The notes below the pieces were generated by a model. It made no database searches and had not been told where the DNA came from. It was given only the letters and a program-made list of their open reading frames with translations. From Candidatus Eiseniibacteriota bacterium (GTDB taxonomy: Bacteria > Eisenbacteria > RBG-16-71-46), in assembly GCA_044223005.1 (NCBI GenBank), contig JBGAML010000004.1, forward strand, positions 160,001-224,000: DNA of 64,000 bases, written 5' to 3'. How positions within the stretch are numbered: the first letter of the stretch is position 1; each line of letters begins with the position of its first letter. The translations under genes were made by a program, and so were the position numbers. Of the stretch, positions 11,116 through 19,266 are shown piece by piece.

Positions 11116-12183
11116 TCAACGGTCCGGCGACAACCCTCCGAGCTGGCCGCACGCCGCCCAGATCTCGCCACCCATCGTGTTGCGGATGGTCACCGCGGGC
11201 GCCTGCGGCATCAGTCGCGCCGCGAACGCCTCCACGGCTTCGGGCGTCGGCCGCTTCCAGGGCAGTCCGGGAACGGGATTGTACGGAATCAGGTTCACCT
11301 TGCTCGGCAGCCGGCGCGCGAACGCCGCGAGCCGGTCGGCGTCGTCGGGCCCGTCGTTCACGCCGCCGAGCAGCGTGTACTCCAGCGTGACGCGGCGGCC
11401 GACCGTCTGGCCGTACTCGTGCGCGGCGTCGAGCAGTTCGGCCAGCTTCCAGCGCTTGTTGACCGGCATGAGCTCCGTGCGCAACTCGTCGGTCGTCGCG
11501 TGCAGCGACACCGCGAGGCCCACCTGCAGGCCGAGCTTCGCGAGTTCGCGGATCTGCGGCACGAGGCCGGACGTCGACACGGTGATCCGGCGGGCGCCGA
11601 GGTTCAGGCCGCGCTCGTCGTGCAGGATCCGGATCGCCTCGCAGACGTTCTCGAGGTTCGCGAGCGGTTCGCCCATGCCCATGAAGACGATGTTGAAGCG
11701 ATCGTCGCCCCAGCCGAGCGTGTCGCCCATCGTCACCACCTGCGCGACGATCTCGTCCGCGCGCAGGTTGCGCTGCAGGCCCATGAGCCCGGTGGCGCAG
11801 AAGCGGCACATGAGCGCGCAGCCCACCTGGCTCGAGACGCACAGCGTCGTGCGCTTCGGCGTGCTCATCGAGACGCTCTCGACGCGGGCGCCGTCCGCGA
11901 GCGCGAGCACGAACTTGTGCGTCGTGCCGTCGCTGCTGCGGAGGATCCGCGCGTCGGGCAGGTCGAGCCGGCAGACGGCATCGAGTCCTTCGCGCAGCGC
12001 CGCGGGCAGGTTGAGCATCGCGGCCGCGTCGCGCTCGTGCTTCTGGTAGATCCACGCGAAGAGCTGGTCGGCCCGGTAGCCGGGCACGCCGAGTCCCGCC
12101 AGCCGTTCGGCCAGCCGCTCGCGGCTCAGACCGAAGAAACTGGGGGCGGCAGCGGCCGGGGAGGGCGACGGCAGGTGGCTCAT
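11116..12183 (-). CDS. rlmN: 23S rRNA m2A2503 / tRNA radical-SAM methyltransferase RlmN
   Basis: CVSSQVGCALMCRFCATG, FMGMGEPL, ITVSTSG, VNLIPYN and AACGQL. Confidence 0.96.
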   Translation of the reverse strand: MSHLPSPSPAAAAPSFFGLSRERLAERLAGLGVPGYRADQLFAWIYQKHERDAAAMLNLPAALREGLDAVCRLDLPDARILRSSDGTTHKFVLALADGARVESVSMSTPKRTTLCVSSQVGCALMCRFCATGLMGLQRNLRADEIVAQVVTMGDTLGWGDDRFNIVFMGMGEPLANLENVCEAIRILHDERGLNLGARRITVSTSGLVPQIRELAKLGLQVGLAVSLHATTDELRTELMPVNKRWKLAELLDAAHEYGQTVGRRVTLEYTLLGGVNDGPDDADRLAAFARRLPSKVNLIPYNPVPGLPWKRPTPEAVEAFAARLMPQAPAVTIRNTMGGEIWAACGQLGGLSPDR

Positions 12184-12280
12184 GCGTGCTCGCGAGGGTG
12201 GGAGGAAGGACCGCCCCGGAACACTAGCAAGGTGCCGGAGTTGAGGTCAACGAACGGGCTATGATATGCATGCGCGTGCA

Positions 12281-12817
12281 ATGAACTCCGCCACGCTCCA
12301 GCTGCAGCGCCTGCTCGCGGTCCTGGGCGATCCGTCGCGCTTCCGGATCGTGCTCGAGCTCGCGGTGCGCGAGCGCCACGTCAGCGAGCTCGCCGACGCG
12401 GTCGGGTTGTCGCAGTCGTGTACCACCCGCCACCTGCAGGCGCTTGAGCGCGCCGGCGCCGTGCACGCGCGCCGCGCCGGCAAGCGCGTCATGGCCGCGC
12501 TCGCGCTGGAGCAGGACGCGGTCGCTCGCGTGCTCGGCCTGGTGCGCGACGCCGCGGGCCTCGACGCCTACGCCGGGGCCGCGGGGCCCGGCCACGTCGC
12601 GCCGCCGGGTCCGGGCGCCCGCGCCGTCGCGCGGCGCGGCCGCGGCACGCATCCGGCGCGCCGCGGCGGCCCGGAGCGGACGGCCGCGCGACGCCCCACG
12701 CAAGTTCGCACTCCCGCGTCCCGGGGAGCATCTGGTACACCTGCGGCCCCGGCTCCCGTTCCGCCGCCCCCCGCGCCGACTCGGCCCCGGTCCGATCTCG
12801 ACGATTTCCTGCTGTGA
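12281..12817 (+). CDS. ArsR/SmtB-family transcriptional regulator with a long disordered C-terminal tail
   Basis: LGDPSRFRIV..L..ERHVSELA..LSQS..TRHLQALERAG winged HTH; start could be 12266 or 12281. Confidence 0.8.
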   Translation: MNSATLQLQRLLAVLGDPSRFRIVLELAVRERHVSELADAVGLSQSCTTRHLQALERAGAVHARRAGKRVMAALALEQDAVARVLGLVRDAAGLDAYAGAAGPGHVAPPGPGARAVARRGRGTHPARRGGPERTAARRPTQVRTPASRGASGTPAAPAPVPPPPAPTRPRSDLDDFLL

Positions 12818-12847
12818 ACGAGGCCCGCCTCCCTGGAATCCTGAACT

Positions 12848-13810
12848 ATGCGCGTCGCTGCAATTGATATCGGATCCAACTCGGTCCGCCTGCTCGTCGC
12901 CGACGTGCCCGAGGGGCAGGTCTGGGCCGGGCGGGCGGAGACCATCGCGCGGGCGGGCGAGGTCTGCCGGCTGGGCCGCGGGCTGCACGAGACCGGACGC
13001 ATCGCCGAGGACCTGATCGAGCGCGCGGCCGACATCTCGCGCGAGTTCGCGCGCCGCGCGCGTTCGCTCGGCGCCGTGCACGTGGTCGCGGCGGCGACCG
13101 CCGCGCTGCGCAGCGCCGCCAACGGAGCCGAGGTCTCGCAGCGCATCTCCGAGCGTGCCGGCGTGCCCGTGCGGGTGCTGAGCGGCGAGGAGGAGGCGCA
13201 GCTCGTCTACCGCTCCGTCGTGCTGGGCCTGGGACCGCGCGCGCGCTCGAGCCAGTGCGTGGTGTTCGACCTCGGCGGCGGCAGCACCGAAGTCGTCAGC
13301 GGCGTCGGCGTGCAGCCCGGGCGCTGGAACAGCATCGGCTTCGGCGCCGTGAGCCTGACCGAGCGCCTGCTGCCCGGCGATCCGCCGGACGAGGCGACGC
13401 TCGTCGCAGCCCGGGAGCGGATCGCCGAGGAACTCATGCATGGCTGTGCATCCATGCCCGAGCGCGCCACGCTGCTCGCGGGCGTCGGCGGCACGGTGAC
13501 CGTGATGGCCTCGATCGACCGCGAGTTGTCGGAATACGACCCGGCGGCGCTCGAAGGCTGGTGGATCGACCGCGAGAAGGCGCTCGCGATGGCCGAGCGG
13601 ATCGTCCGCATGACCCACGCCGAGCGGCGCACCCTGCCCATCATGGGCGAGGGCCGGGCCGACATCATCGGCGCCGGGGTGCTGGTCGTCGAGGCGCTCA
13701 TGCGCCGGTTCGACGCCCCGGGCCTGGTCTGCTCGACCCAGGGCCTGCGCTACGGCCTGGCCCGGCTCGCCGCGGAAGAATGGTCGGGAGACGCCCCGAA
13801 AAGCCGTTGA
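12848..13810 (+). CDS. ppx: Ppx/GppA-family exopolyphosphatase
   Basis: AAIDIGSNSVRL, ATAALRSAANG, LSGEEEA, DLGGGSTE, GRADII and GLRYG. Confidence 0.93.
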   Translation: MRVAAIDIGSNSVRLLVADVPEGQVWAGRAETIARAGEVCRLGRGLHETGRIAEDLIERAADISREFARRARSLGAVHVVAAATAALRSAANGAEVSQRISERAGVPVRVLSGEEEAQLVYRSVVLGLGPRARSSQCVVFDLGGGSTEVVSGVGVQPGRWNSIGFGAVSLTERLLPGDPPDEATLVAARERIAEELMHGCASMPERATLLAGVGGTVTVMASIDRELSEYDPAALEGWWIDREKALAMAERIVRMTHAERRTLPIMGEGRADIIGAGVLVVEALMRRFDAPGLVCSTQGLRYGLARLAAEEWSGDAPKSR

Positions 13811-13836
13811 CGGTTTCTTTGCAGGCGGCGGATACT
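13807..13836 (+). promoter_or_regulatory. Putative sigma-70 promoter for the small secreted protein / TPR activator operon
   Basis: TTGACG-N18-GATACT in an AT-richer intergenic patch. Confidence 0.5.
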
Positions 13837-13949
13837 TTCGACGGCACTCGGCAGGTCCCCTCTCAAACTTCTTTGCTGGCTCGTTCCGGGGTTCTCCACC
13901 CGGAGGCAACCGCTTTCCACGATTCCAGCGCGGAGGGAGTAGCGGCGCG

Positions 13950-14276
13950 ATGAACATGCTTCGAGGCAAGGTCCTCGTCACCACGGTGCTGGTCGCGATG
14001 CTGGTCGGCGCGATCGGTGTCGGTGTCGCGCGTGCCGATTTCGCGACGGGCCGCACAGGCGGCAAGTCCGACGGCACGACCCCGCGACCCGGCATGACCA
14101 CGTACGCCGGCGAACCGGACGCCAGCAGTCACGGGCCGATGCCCAACAACAAGTCGACGTCGGGCTTGGGGTCGGGAACGTCCGCCACGTGGCTGGTCCA
14201 GCTCTGGTACCGGTGGTGGCTGAGCTCGCACCCGTCGGCACCGCAACATCCGGGAGGTCACGGGAGCAGGCCCTGA
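13950..14276 (+). CDS. Small secreted protein (108 aa; Sec signal, G/S/T/P-rich body, Trp-rich C-terminal helix)
   Basis: GGAGGGAG RBS; signal peptide ending ARA|DF; GC3-biased codons; GEPD motif and TWLVQLWYRWWLS. Confidence 0.8.
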   Translation: MNMLRGKVLVTTVLVAMLVGAIGVGVARADFATGRTGGKSDGTTPRPGMTTYAGEPDASSHGPMPNNKSTSGLGSGTSATWLVQLWYRWWLSSHPSAPQHPGGHGSRP

Positions 14277-14317
14277 TCGGTACTGCTCCGTAGCGCGCGC
14301 ATTCACTCGATGATCAA

Positions 14318-17300
14318 GTGCGGGTGCCCTGGCTCGTGGGGCGCCACACCAACCGGGTCCGTGATTCGTCGAGGGTTCAAATCGTGCAGAGAGCCATCCC
14401 CCCCGATCGGGGTTCGAAGCCGGACGCTTCCGAACGCGAAGCGAGCCGCTCCGAATCCGTCGGTGACCTTCATCTCGCCGCGGACAACTTCGCAGGTGCC
14501 ATCGAGGCCTACGGCCTGGCGCTCGCGGAGCTCGGTCCCGACGATGCTCCGGTCCGCTTCCGGCTGCTGCTGAAGCTCGCGCAGGCCGAGGTGCAGCGGG
14601 GCTCGTTCGAGGCGGCGACGATCGCCGTCCGGCGTGCGCGCGCCGTCTCGCGCGTGCTCGGGGATCCGCGCGCGGCGGCACGCGTCGCGCACCGCCTCGC
14701 CGAGATCGCGTTCGACCAGGGCCACTACCGGCGGGCGCTCCGCTATTCGCAGTTCGCCTACGGCGTGCTGCGCAACAGCGCCGAGCACCGCGCGGTCGGG
14801 CACGTCGCCGTCATGCTCGGCGTGTCGATGACGCGCCTCGGCGAGCCGCAGGCGGCGATCGAGTGGCTGCAGACCGCGGCCGCGACCTTCCGCCGGATCG
14901 ACGACGCCGACGGGTTGGTGAACGCGCTCAACAACCTCGGGCTGGTCTACAAGAACCTGCGCGAGTGGCGCGAGGCCGTGCGCTTCCTCGAGCAGGCCCT
15001 CGGCATCGACGAGAAGAAGGGGCTCTACGCGCGCATGCGCGCGCACCACCAGAATCTCGGCCTGATCCGCTACCGGCTCGGGCAATGGGACCTCGCCGAC
15101 GAGCACTTCCGTCACTCGCTGCGCATCTCGCGCGACCTGCGCTTCCCGACCGGCGAAGCGCAGGCGCTGCTCGCGATGGGCATGCTCGCCCGCCGTCGCC
15201 GCCAGCTCGAGAAGGCGCACGAGCACGAGCTCCAGGCGCTGGCGCTGGCCGAGCGCGCGGGTGCCGCGCGCGAGGCGCTGCTGGCGCGCGAGTTCCTCGC
15301 CGAGCTCGAGATCGACCACGGGCGCGGCGCCGCCGCGCTGCAGCTGCTCGAGCCCGCGCTGGAGGACGCGCTCGCACGCGCGCCGCAGGGCGACCTCGTG
15401 ATGGAGCTGCAGATCCGCATGTCGCTCGCGCTGCAGCTCGCCGGGCGTCCCGACGAGGCGCAGGGCTTCGCGCTCAAGGGGCTCATGCACGCCGAACGCC
15501 TGGGCGACCGGGTCGAGTACGGCGTGGCGCTGCGTGCGCTGGCGCGCCTGGACGCGTCGCGCGGCCACGCGTCGGCGATGGAATCGCGCCTGCGCGAGGC
15601 GTCGCAGGCGTTCGAGTCGCTGGGCGAGTCGTACGAGCTCGCGACCACGCTCGCGCACTGGGGCGAGTGCCTGCTGCTGTTGCCGGCGAGCACGCGCCTG
15701 CGGCTGCCGCTGGAGCCGGTCGTCGACGCTTCGCGGCGCGCCGCGGCGCTCTACCGCCAGCTGGGCGTGGTCTCGCAGGCGGCCGAATCGCTGCTGACGC
15801 TCGCGCGGCTCGAGTCCGAGCGCGAGCACTACGACCAGGCGCTCTCGCTGCTGGAGCAGGCGGAGCAGTGGCTCGCCGAGAGCGGCGACGCCGGCACCGC
15901 GGAGCGTGCCGAGGCGCTGCGCCGCGACATCGAGCGCCAGTACGTCGCGGTCTCGCTCTCGACCTGCAACGAGTTCCGCGCGCTCGAAGAAGCGAACCGC
16001 CTGTTCCGCGAGACCGCGGACATGGACGGCCTGCTGTCCTCGATCGTGAAGCTCGCCGTGGACCACGCGGGCGGCGATCGCGGCTTCGTCGCGTTCTGCT
16101 CGGGCGGCTCGCGGCTCGACGTGGTGGCGCAGCACGGCCTCGGCCGTGACCGCGCGCGCCGCGTGCTGCGCGTGCTCGAGGGCGTCGCGGGAACGCGCTT
16201 CGCCGAGAACGGCCCCATGTTCTCCAGCCGCGTCGCCGCGGATCCGCGCTTCGCGGAGGCGCTGACCGACGCGCTCGAGGGCGTGGGCTCGCTGGTCTGC
16301 GTGCCGCTCAACTTCCCGTCGCAGTCGGTCGGGCTCGTCTACGTCGATCGCCTCAACGACAACCTGCTCGGCGCGTTCAAGCAGCGCGAGCTGAACCTGC
16401 TCGCGGTGCTCGCCAACAGCGCCGCGGTCGCGATCGTCGAAGCGCAGCGCTCGCTGCTGCTGGCCGAGAACCAGCAGTTGCGCGACCAGCTCCGCCCGAG
16501 CCCGGGCTCCGGCCGCGTGGTGTCGCAGTCGCGCGAGATCGCCGCGATCCTGCAGCTCGTGCGCAAGGTCGGCGAAAGCAACGCGACGATCCTGTTCATG
16601 GGCGAGACGGGCACGGGCAAGGGCCTGTTCGCTCAGGTCGTGCACGAGAGCTCGACGCGCCGCGATCGTCCGTTCGTGCAGGTGAACTGCGCCGCGCTGC
16701 CCGAGCCGCTGCTCGAGAGCGAGCTGTTCGGCTACGTGCAGGGCGCGTTCACGGGCGCGAACCGCGACAAGGCCGGCCTGTTCGAGGAGGCCGAGGGCGG
16801 CACGATCTTCCTCGACGAGATCGAGAAGATCCCCGAGGCGGTGCAGGCCAAGCTCCTGCACGTGCTCGACCGCGGCGAGATCCGGCCCGTCGGCGCGACG
16901 CGCGTGCGCAAGGTGAACGCGCGCGTGATCTGCGCGACCAGCGCGGACCTGCGCGAGCGCATCCGCGCCGGGCGGTTCCTCGAGGACCTCTACTACCGGC
17001 TCAACGACATCACGGTGCGCGTGCCCTCGCTGCGCGAGCGGCGCGAGGATATACCGATGCTCGCGCAGCACTTCCTGGCGCTCTACTCGCGCCAGATGGA
17101 GAAGGCCGTCGGCGGCTTCGCGCCCGAGGTGATGCGCGTGTTCCTCGAGCACGAGTGGCGCGGCAACGTGCGCGAGCTCGAGAAGACGGTGAAGCGCATG
17201 GTGGTGCTCGCCGACGACGGTGCGACGCTCGGCCTCGAACTGCTCCCGGCCGAGATGCGCGAGCCGGCCGAGCCGGCGTCGGCGCCCGTGGTCGCGCCCG

Positions 17301-17488
17301 GCCCCGCGGGCGGACGCGCGCGGTCGCTGCGCAGCAGCCTCTCGGATCTCGAGCGGCAGCTGATCGCCGACGCGCTGCGCCGGCATCGCGGCAACAAGGC
17401 GCGCGTGGCGCGCGAGTTGGGCCTGAGCTACCCGACGCTGCTCGGCCGCGTGAAAGCGTACGACCTGGAAACCCAGCGAGGCGGGTGA
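14318..17488 (+). CDS. TPR-GAF-AAA+-HTH sigma-54 enhancer-binding protein (no receiver domain)
   Basis: Many TPR-like repeats ([24 protein letters not shown]), GAF-like segment (SLVCVPL..VGLVYVD), [38 protein letters not shown], Fis-type HTH. Confidence 0.93.
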   Translation: MRVPWLVGRHTNRVRDSSRVQIVQRAIPPDRGSKPDASEREASRSESVGDLHLAADNFAGAIEAYGLALAELGPDDAPVRFRLLLKLAQAEVQRGSFEAATIAVRRARAVSRVLGDPRAAARVAHRLAEIAFDQGHYRRALRYSQFAYGVLRNSAEHRAVGHVAVMLGVSMTRLGEPQAAIEWLQTAAATFRRIDDADGLVNALNNLGLVYKNLREWREAVRFLEQALGIDEKKGLYARMRAHHQNLGLIRYRLGQWDLADEHFRHSLRISRDLRFPTGEAQALLAMGMLARRRRQLEKAHEHELQALALAERAGAAREALLAREFLAELEIDHGRGAAALQLLEPALEDALARAPQGDLVMELQIRMSLALQLAGRPDEAQGFALKGLMHAERLGDRVEYGVALRALARLDASRGHASAMESRLREASQAFESLGESYELATTLAHWGECLLLLPASTRLRLPLEPVVDASRRAAALYRQLGVVSQAAESLLTLARLESEREHYDQALSLLEQAEQWLAESGDAGTAERAEALRRDIERQYVAVSLSTCNEFRALEEANRLFRETADMDGLLSSIVKLAVDHAGGDRGFVAFCSGGSRLDVVAQHGLGRDRARRVLRVLEGVAGTRFAENGPMFSSRVAADPRFAEALTDALEGVGSLVCVPLNFPSQSVGLVYVDRLNDNLLGAFKQRELNLLAVLANSAAVAIVEAQRSLLLAENQQLRDQLRPSPGSGRVVSQSREIAAILQLVRKVGESNATILFMGETGTGKGLFAQVVHESSTRRDRPFVQVNCAALPEPLLESELFGYVQGAFTGANRDKAGLFEEAEGGTIFLDEIEKIPEAVQAKLLHVLDRGEIRPVGATRVRKVNARVICATSADLRERIRAGRFLEDLYYRLNDITVRVPSLRERREDIPMLAQHFLALYSRQMEKAVGGFAPEVMRVFLEHEWRGNVRELEKTVKRMVVLADDGATLGLELLPAEMREPAEPASAPVVAPGPAGGRARSLRSSLSDLERQLIADALRRHRGNKARVARELGLSYPTLLGRVKAYDLETQRGG

Positions 17489-17534
17489 CAAAAACAATTT
17501 CACATCGGGTAACGAAACTTTCTTTATAGCCAAC

Positions 17535-17570
17535 TTGGCCTCGCCCAGCGACTTCGCAGGGCGAGGCCAA
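17535..17570. terminator. Strong hairpin downstream of the TPR activator gene (terminator or insulator-like)
   Basis: TTGGCCTCGCCC / GGGCGAGGCCAA perfect 12-bp inverted repeat; no strong U-tract follows. Confidence 0.5.
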
Positions 17571-17699
17571 AGTGTCTCAGGTTCTTTCCCGTTTCCACCC
17601 AGCGCAGCCTTTCGAACGACGAACGAGCGCGACCACGGCCCTGCTCTCTTTTTCAATGACTACAACACGTTATGGGAATGTGCTGGATATTCGTGCATT

Positions 17700-17715
17700 T
17701 GGCACGACAGGTGCA
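17700..17715 (+). promoter_or_regulatory. Sigma-54 (-24/-12) promoter, predicted TSS ~17726
   Basis: TGGCACG-ACAG-GTGCA: GG at 17701-2 and GC at 17713-4 (N10 spacing); AT-rich upstream DNA. Confidence 0.8.
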
Positions 17716-17725
17716 CTGTAGCCTG

Positions 17726-18158
17726 GTCGGAGGGGGGGACCTCCAAGCAGGACGTCCGGCAGGACATCGCCGGATGCACTTCTGGGCTAGCCGGATCGTC
17801 GGGGGCGTGGTCGAGGGTACGAGCCCCGTCACACGACAACGCACCATCCCCTGCGACCGGCTAGCTTGGTCGTATCTGCAGCACGCAAGTGTTCCTTCGG
17901 ACGCGGTTGGGGACTACTCGTCGGGCGCCCAGTACGGCCCGGTCAAGGACGTCCAGGCGAGCCCCACCGCGGCCGGGGGTTTCGGGCACCGGCCAGTGCG
18001 CGCCGGCCGAGGCACTGGGGGATGTCGAAGCCGTTGTCGCAAGCTCCGATTGGTCGGTGCCCCGTCGTGGACCCCTGACTGTGGCACGGTTCGCACACCT
18101 GAGTCGCACATGCACCTCGTTCCGCCGCCGGCCCGCTTCCGGCGGCGGTTTCGCGTTT
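17726..18158 (+). ncRNA. Putative large structured non-coding RNA (~430 nt), family unrecognised
   Basis: Bounded by a sigma-54 promoter and an intrinsic terminator; several long stems with G-U pairs; GCAA and cUUCGg tetraloops. Confidence 0.7.
18122..18158 (+). terminator. Intrinsic terminator of the putative ncRNA
   Basis: CCGCCGCCGG / CCGGCGGCGG 10-bp stem followed by TTTCGCGTTT. Confidence 0.75.
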
Positions 18159-18225
18159 CCGGGAACCCCTTGCGCGCCGCGGCGTTGTGCCACGCGCCCG
18201 CGCGGCACCCCGGGGTTTCCGCGCG

Positions 18226-18240
18226 TGGCATGGCCGTTGC
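18226..18240 (+). promoter_or_regulatory. Sigma-54 promoter of the FN3 lipoprotein gene
   Basis: TGGCATG-GCCG-TTGC (GG-N10-GC), about 50 bp upstream of ATG 18291. Confidence 0.75.
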
Positions 18241-18290
18241 CCTTTAGTGACGCGCGATTCATGCTCCTGCACGCAAAGGGGGAACGGACC

Positions 18291-19112
18291 ATGCGCAAGG
18301 TGACGATTCTGGTGGGCCTGCTCGCCGCCGCGTTCCTGGCGGGCTGCAACGACGACGACAACCACGTGACGGCGCCGCACGTGCGCCCGGCCGCGCCCGA
18401 GGGCGTCTACAGCGTCACGCGCAGCCAGTCGGTGGTGCTGCACTGGCTGCCCAACACGCAGGGCGGCATCGCGGGCTACCGGCTCTACCAGTCGGACGCC
18501 GCGAATGGCGACTACGTTCGCATCGGCAGCGTCGGCGCGAGCACCGATTCGTTCGTGGTGACCGGGCTCGCGAACGGTGTGACCCGCTTCTTCGCGGTCT
18601 CCGCGGTCGACGGCGCCGGCGCCGAGAGCGATCTCTCGTACGAGACGGTCTACGACACGCCGCGCCCCGAGGGCATCGGCGCGGCCATGGTCAACCTGCG
18701 CAAGCCCAACAGCGGCACGGGCTGGGACTTCTCGGCGCAGCTGGCTCGCGGCTGGACCGATCCGCAGGTGGACGTGTTCTACGACGATACGCTGGGCACG
18801 GCGCTCATCTACGCCGCCGACCTCAACACCGACATCCAGGACGCGGGCTACGCCGCATCGCTCGACCACGTCGACTTCGCGCCGGCGTCGGGCTGGTCGC
18901 CGACCGGCTCGGTCGAAGTGATCCCGGGGCACTGCTACGTGGTCTGGACGCGCGACAACCACTTCGCCAAGTTCCAGGTGAAGAGCTACAGCACCTCCGC
19001 GGTCGTCTTCGACTGGGCCTACCAGGTCGACGCCGGCAACGGCGAGCTCCGGGCCCGCCCGGTGCGACACGGCAACCCCGCGGTCCTGGAGCAGGCGCTG
19101 TCTCTGAAGTGA
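18291..19112 (+). CDS. Lipoprotein with a fibronectin type III-like domain
   Basis: Lipobox LAGC; PAAPEG..V.LHW..GYRLY..GLANG..FAVSAVD..ES FN3 pattern. Confidence 0.8.
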   Translation: MRKVTILVGLLAAAFLAGCNDDDNHVTAPHVRPAAPEGVYSVTRSQSVVLHWLPNTQGGIAGYRLYQSDAANGDYVRIGSVGASTDSFVVTGLANGVTRFFAVSAVDGAGAESDLSYETVYDTPRPEGIGAAMVNLRKPNSGTGWDFSAQLARGWTDPQVDVFYDDTLGTALIYAADLNTDIQDAGYAASLDHVDFAPASGWSPTGSVEVIPGHCYVVWTRDNHFAKFQVKSYSTSAVVFDWAYQVDAGNGELRARPVRHGNPAVLEQALSLK

Positions 19113-19266
19113 CGAACGGGACGCATCCGGCGCGGGGGCCGGGCGTCGTAAGATAGGGATCGAGAACCACGGGACGGATCGTGCAGAACGGGTTTCGCCG
19201 AGCGGTGCATCCTCGAAACCCGATGTCCCCGTCCACCACGCGGGTGCGCCGCGAAGGAGTGGAGAG

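Noticed and set aside
11116..14276. Radical SAM enzyme plus small peptide as a RiPP cluster
   Set aside because: The radical SAM protein is a canonical housekeeping RlmN on the opposite strand, and the peptide has a Sec signal with no RiPP maturases nearby.
18082..18095. TGGCACGGTTCGC as another sigma-54 promoter
   Set aside because: GG-to-GC spacing is 8 rather than the required 10.
17726..18158. Identification as RNase P RNA, tmRNA, SRP, 6S RNA or a tRNA cluster
   Set aside because: No GAGGAAAGUCC, no tRNA-like ends or T-loop/CCA, and the size and architecture do not fit by eye; an Rfam search is still needed.
17672..18247. 191-aa ORF (or a 157-aa version from ATG 17774) over the putative ncRNA
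   Set aside because: The long form starts upstream of the sigma-54 TSS. Both forms run through the terminator and the next promoter, lack the genome's GC3 bias and have no recognisable motif. A translated form from 17774 is not formally excluded.
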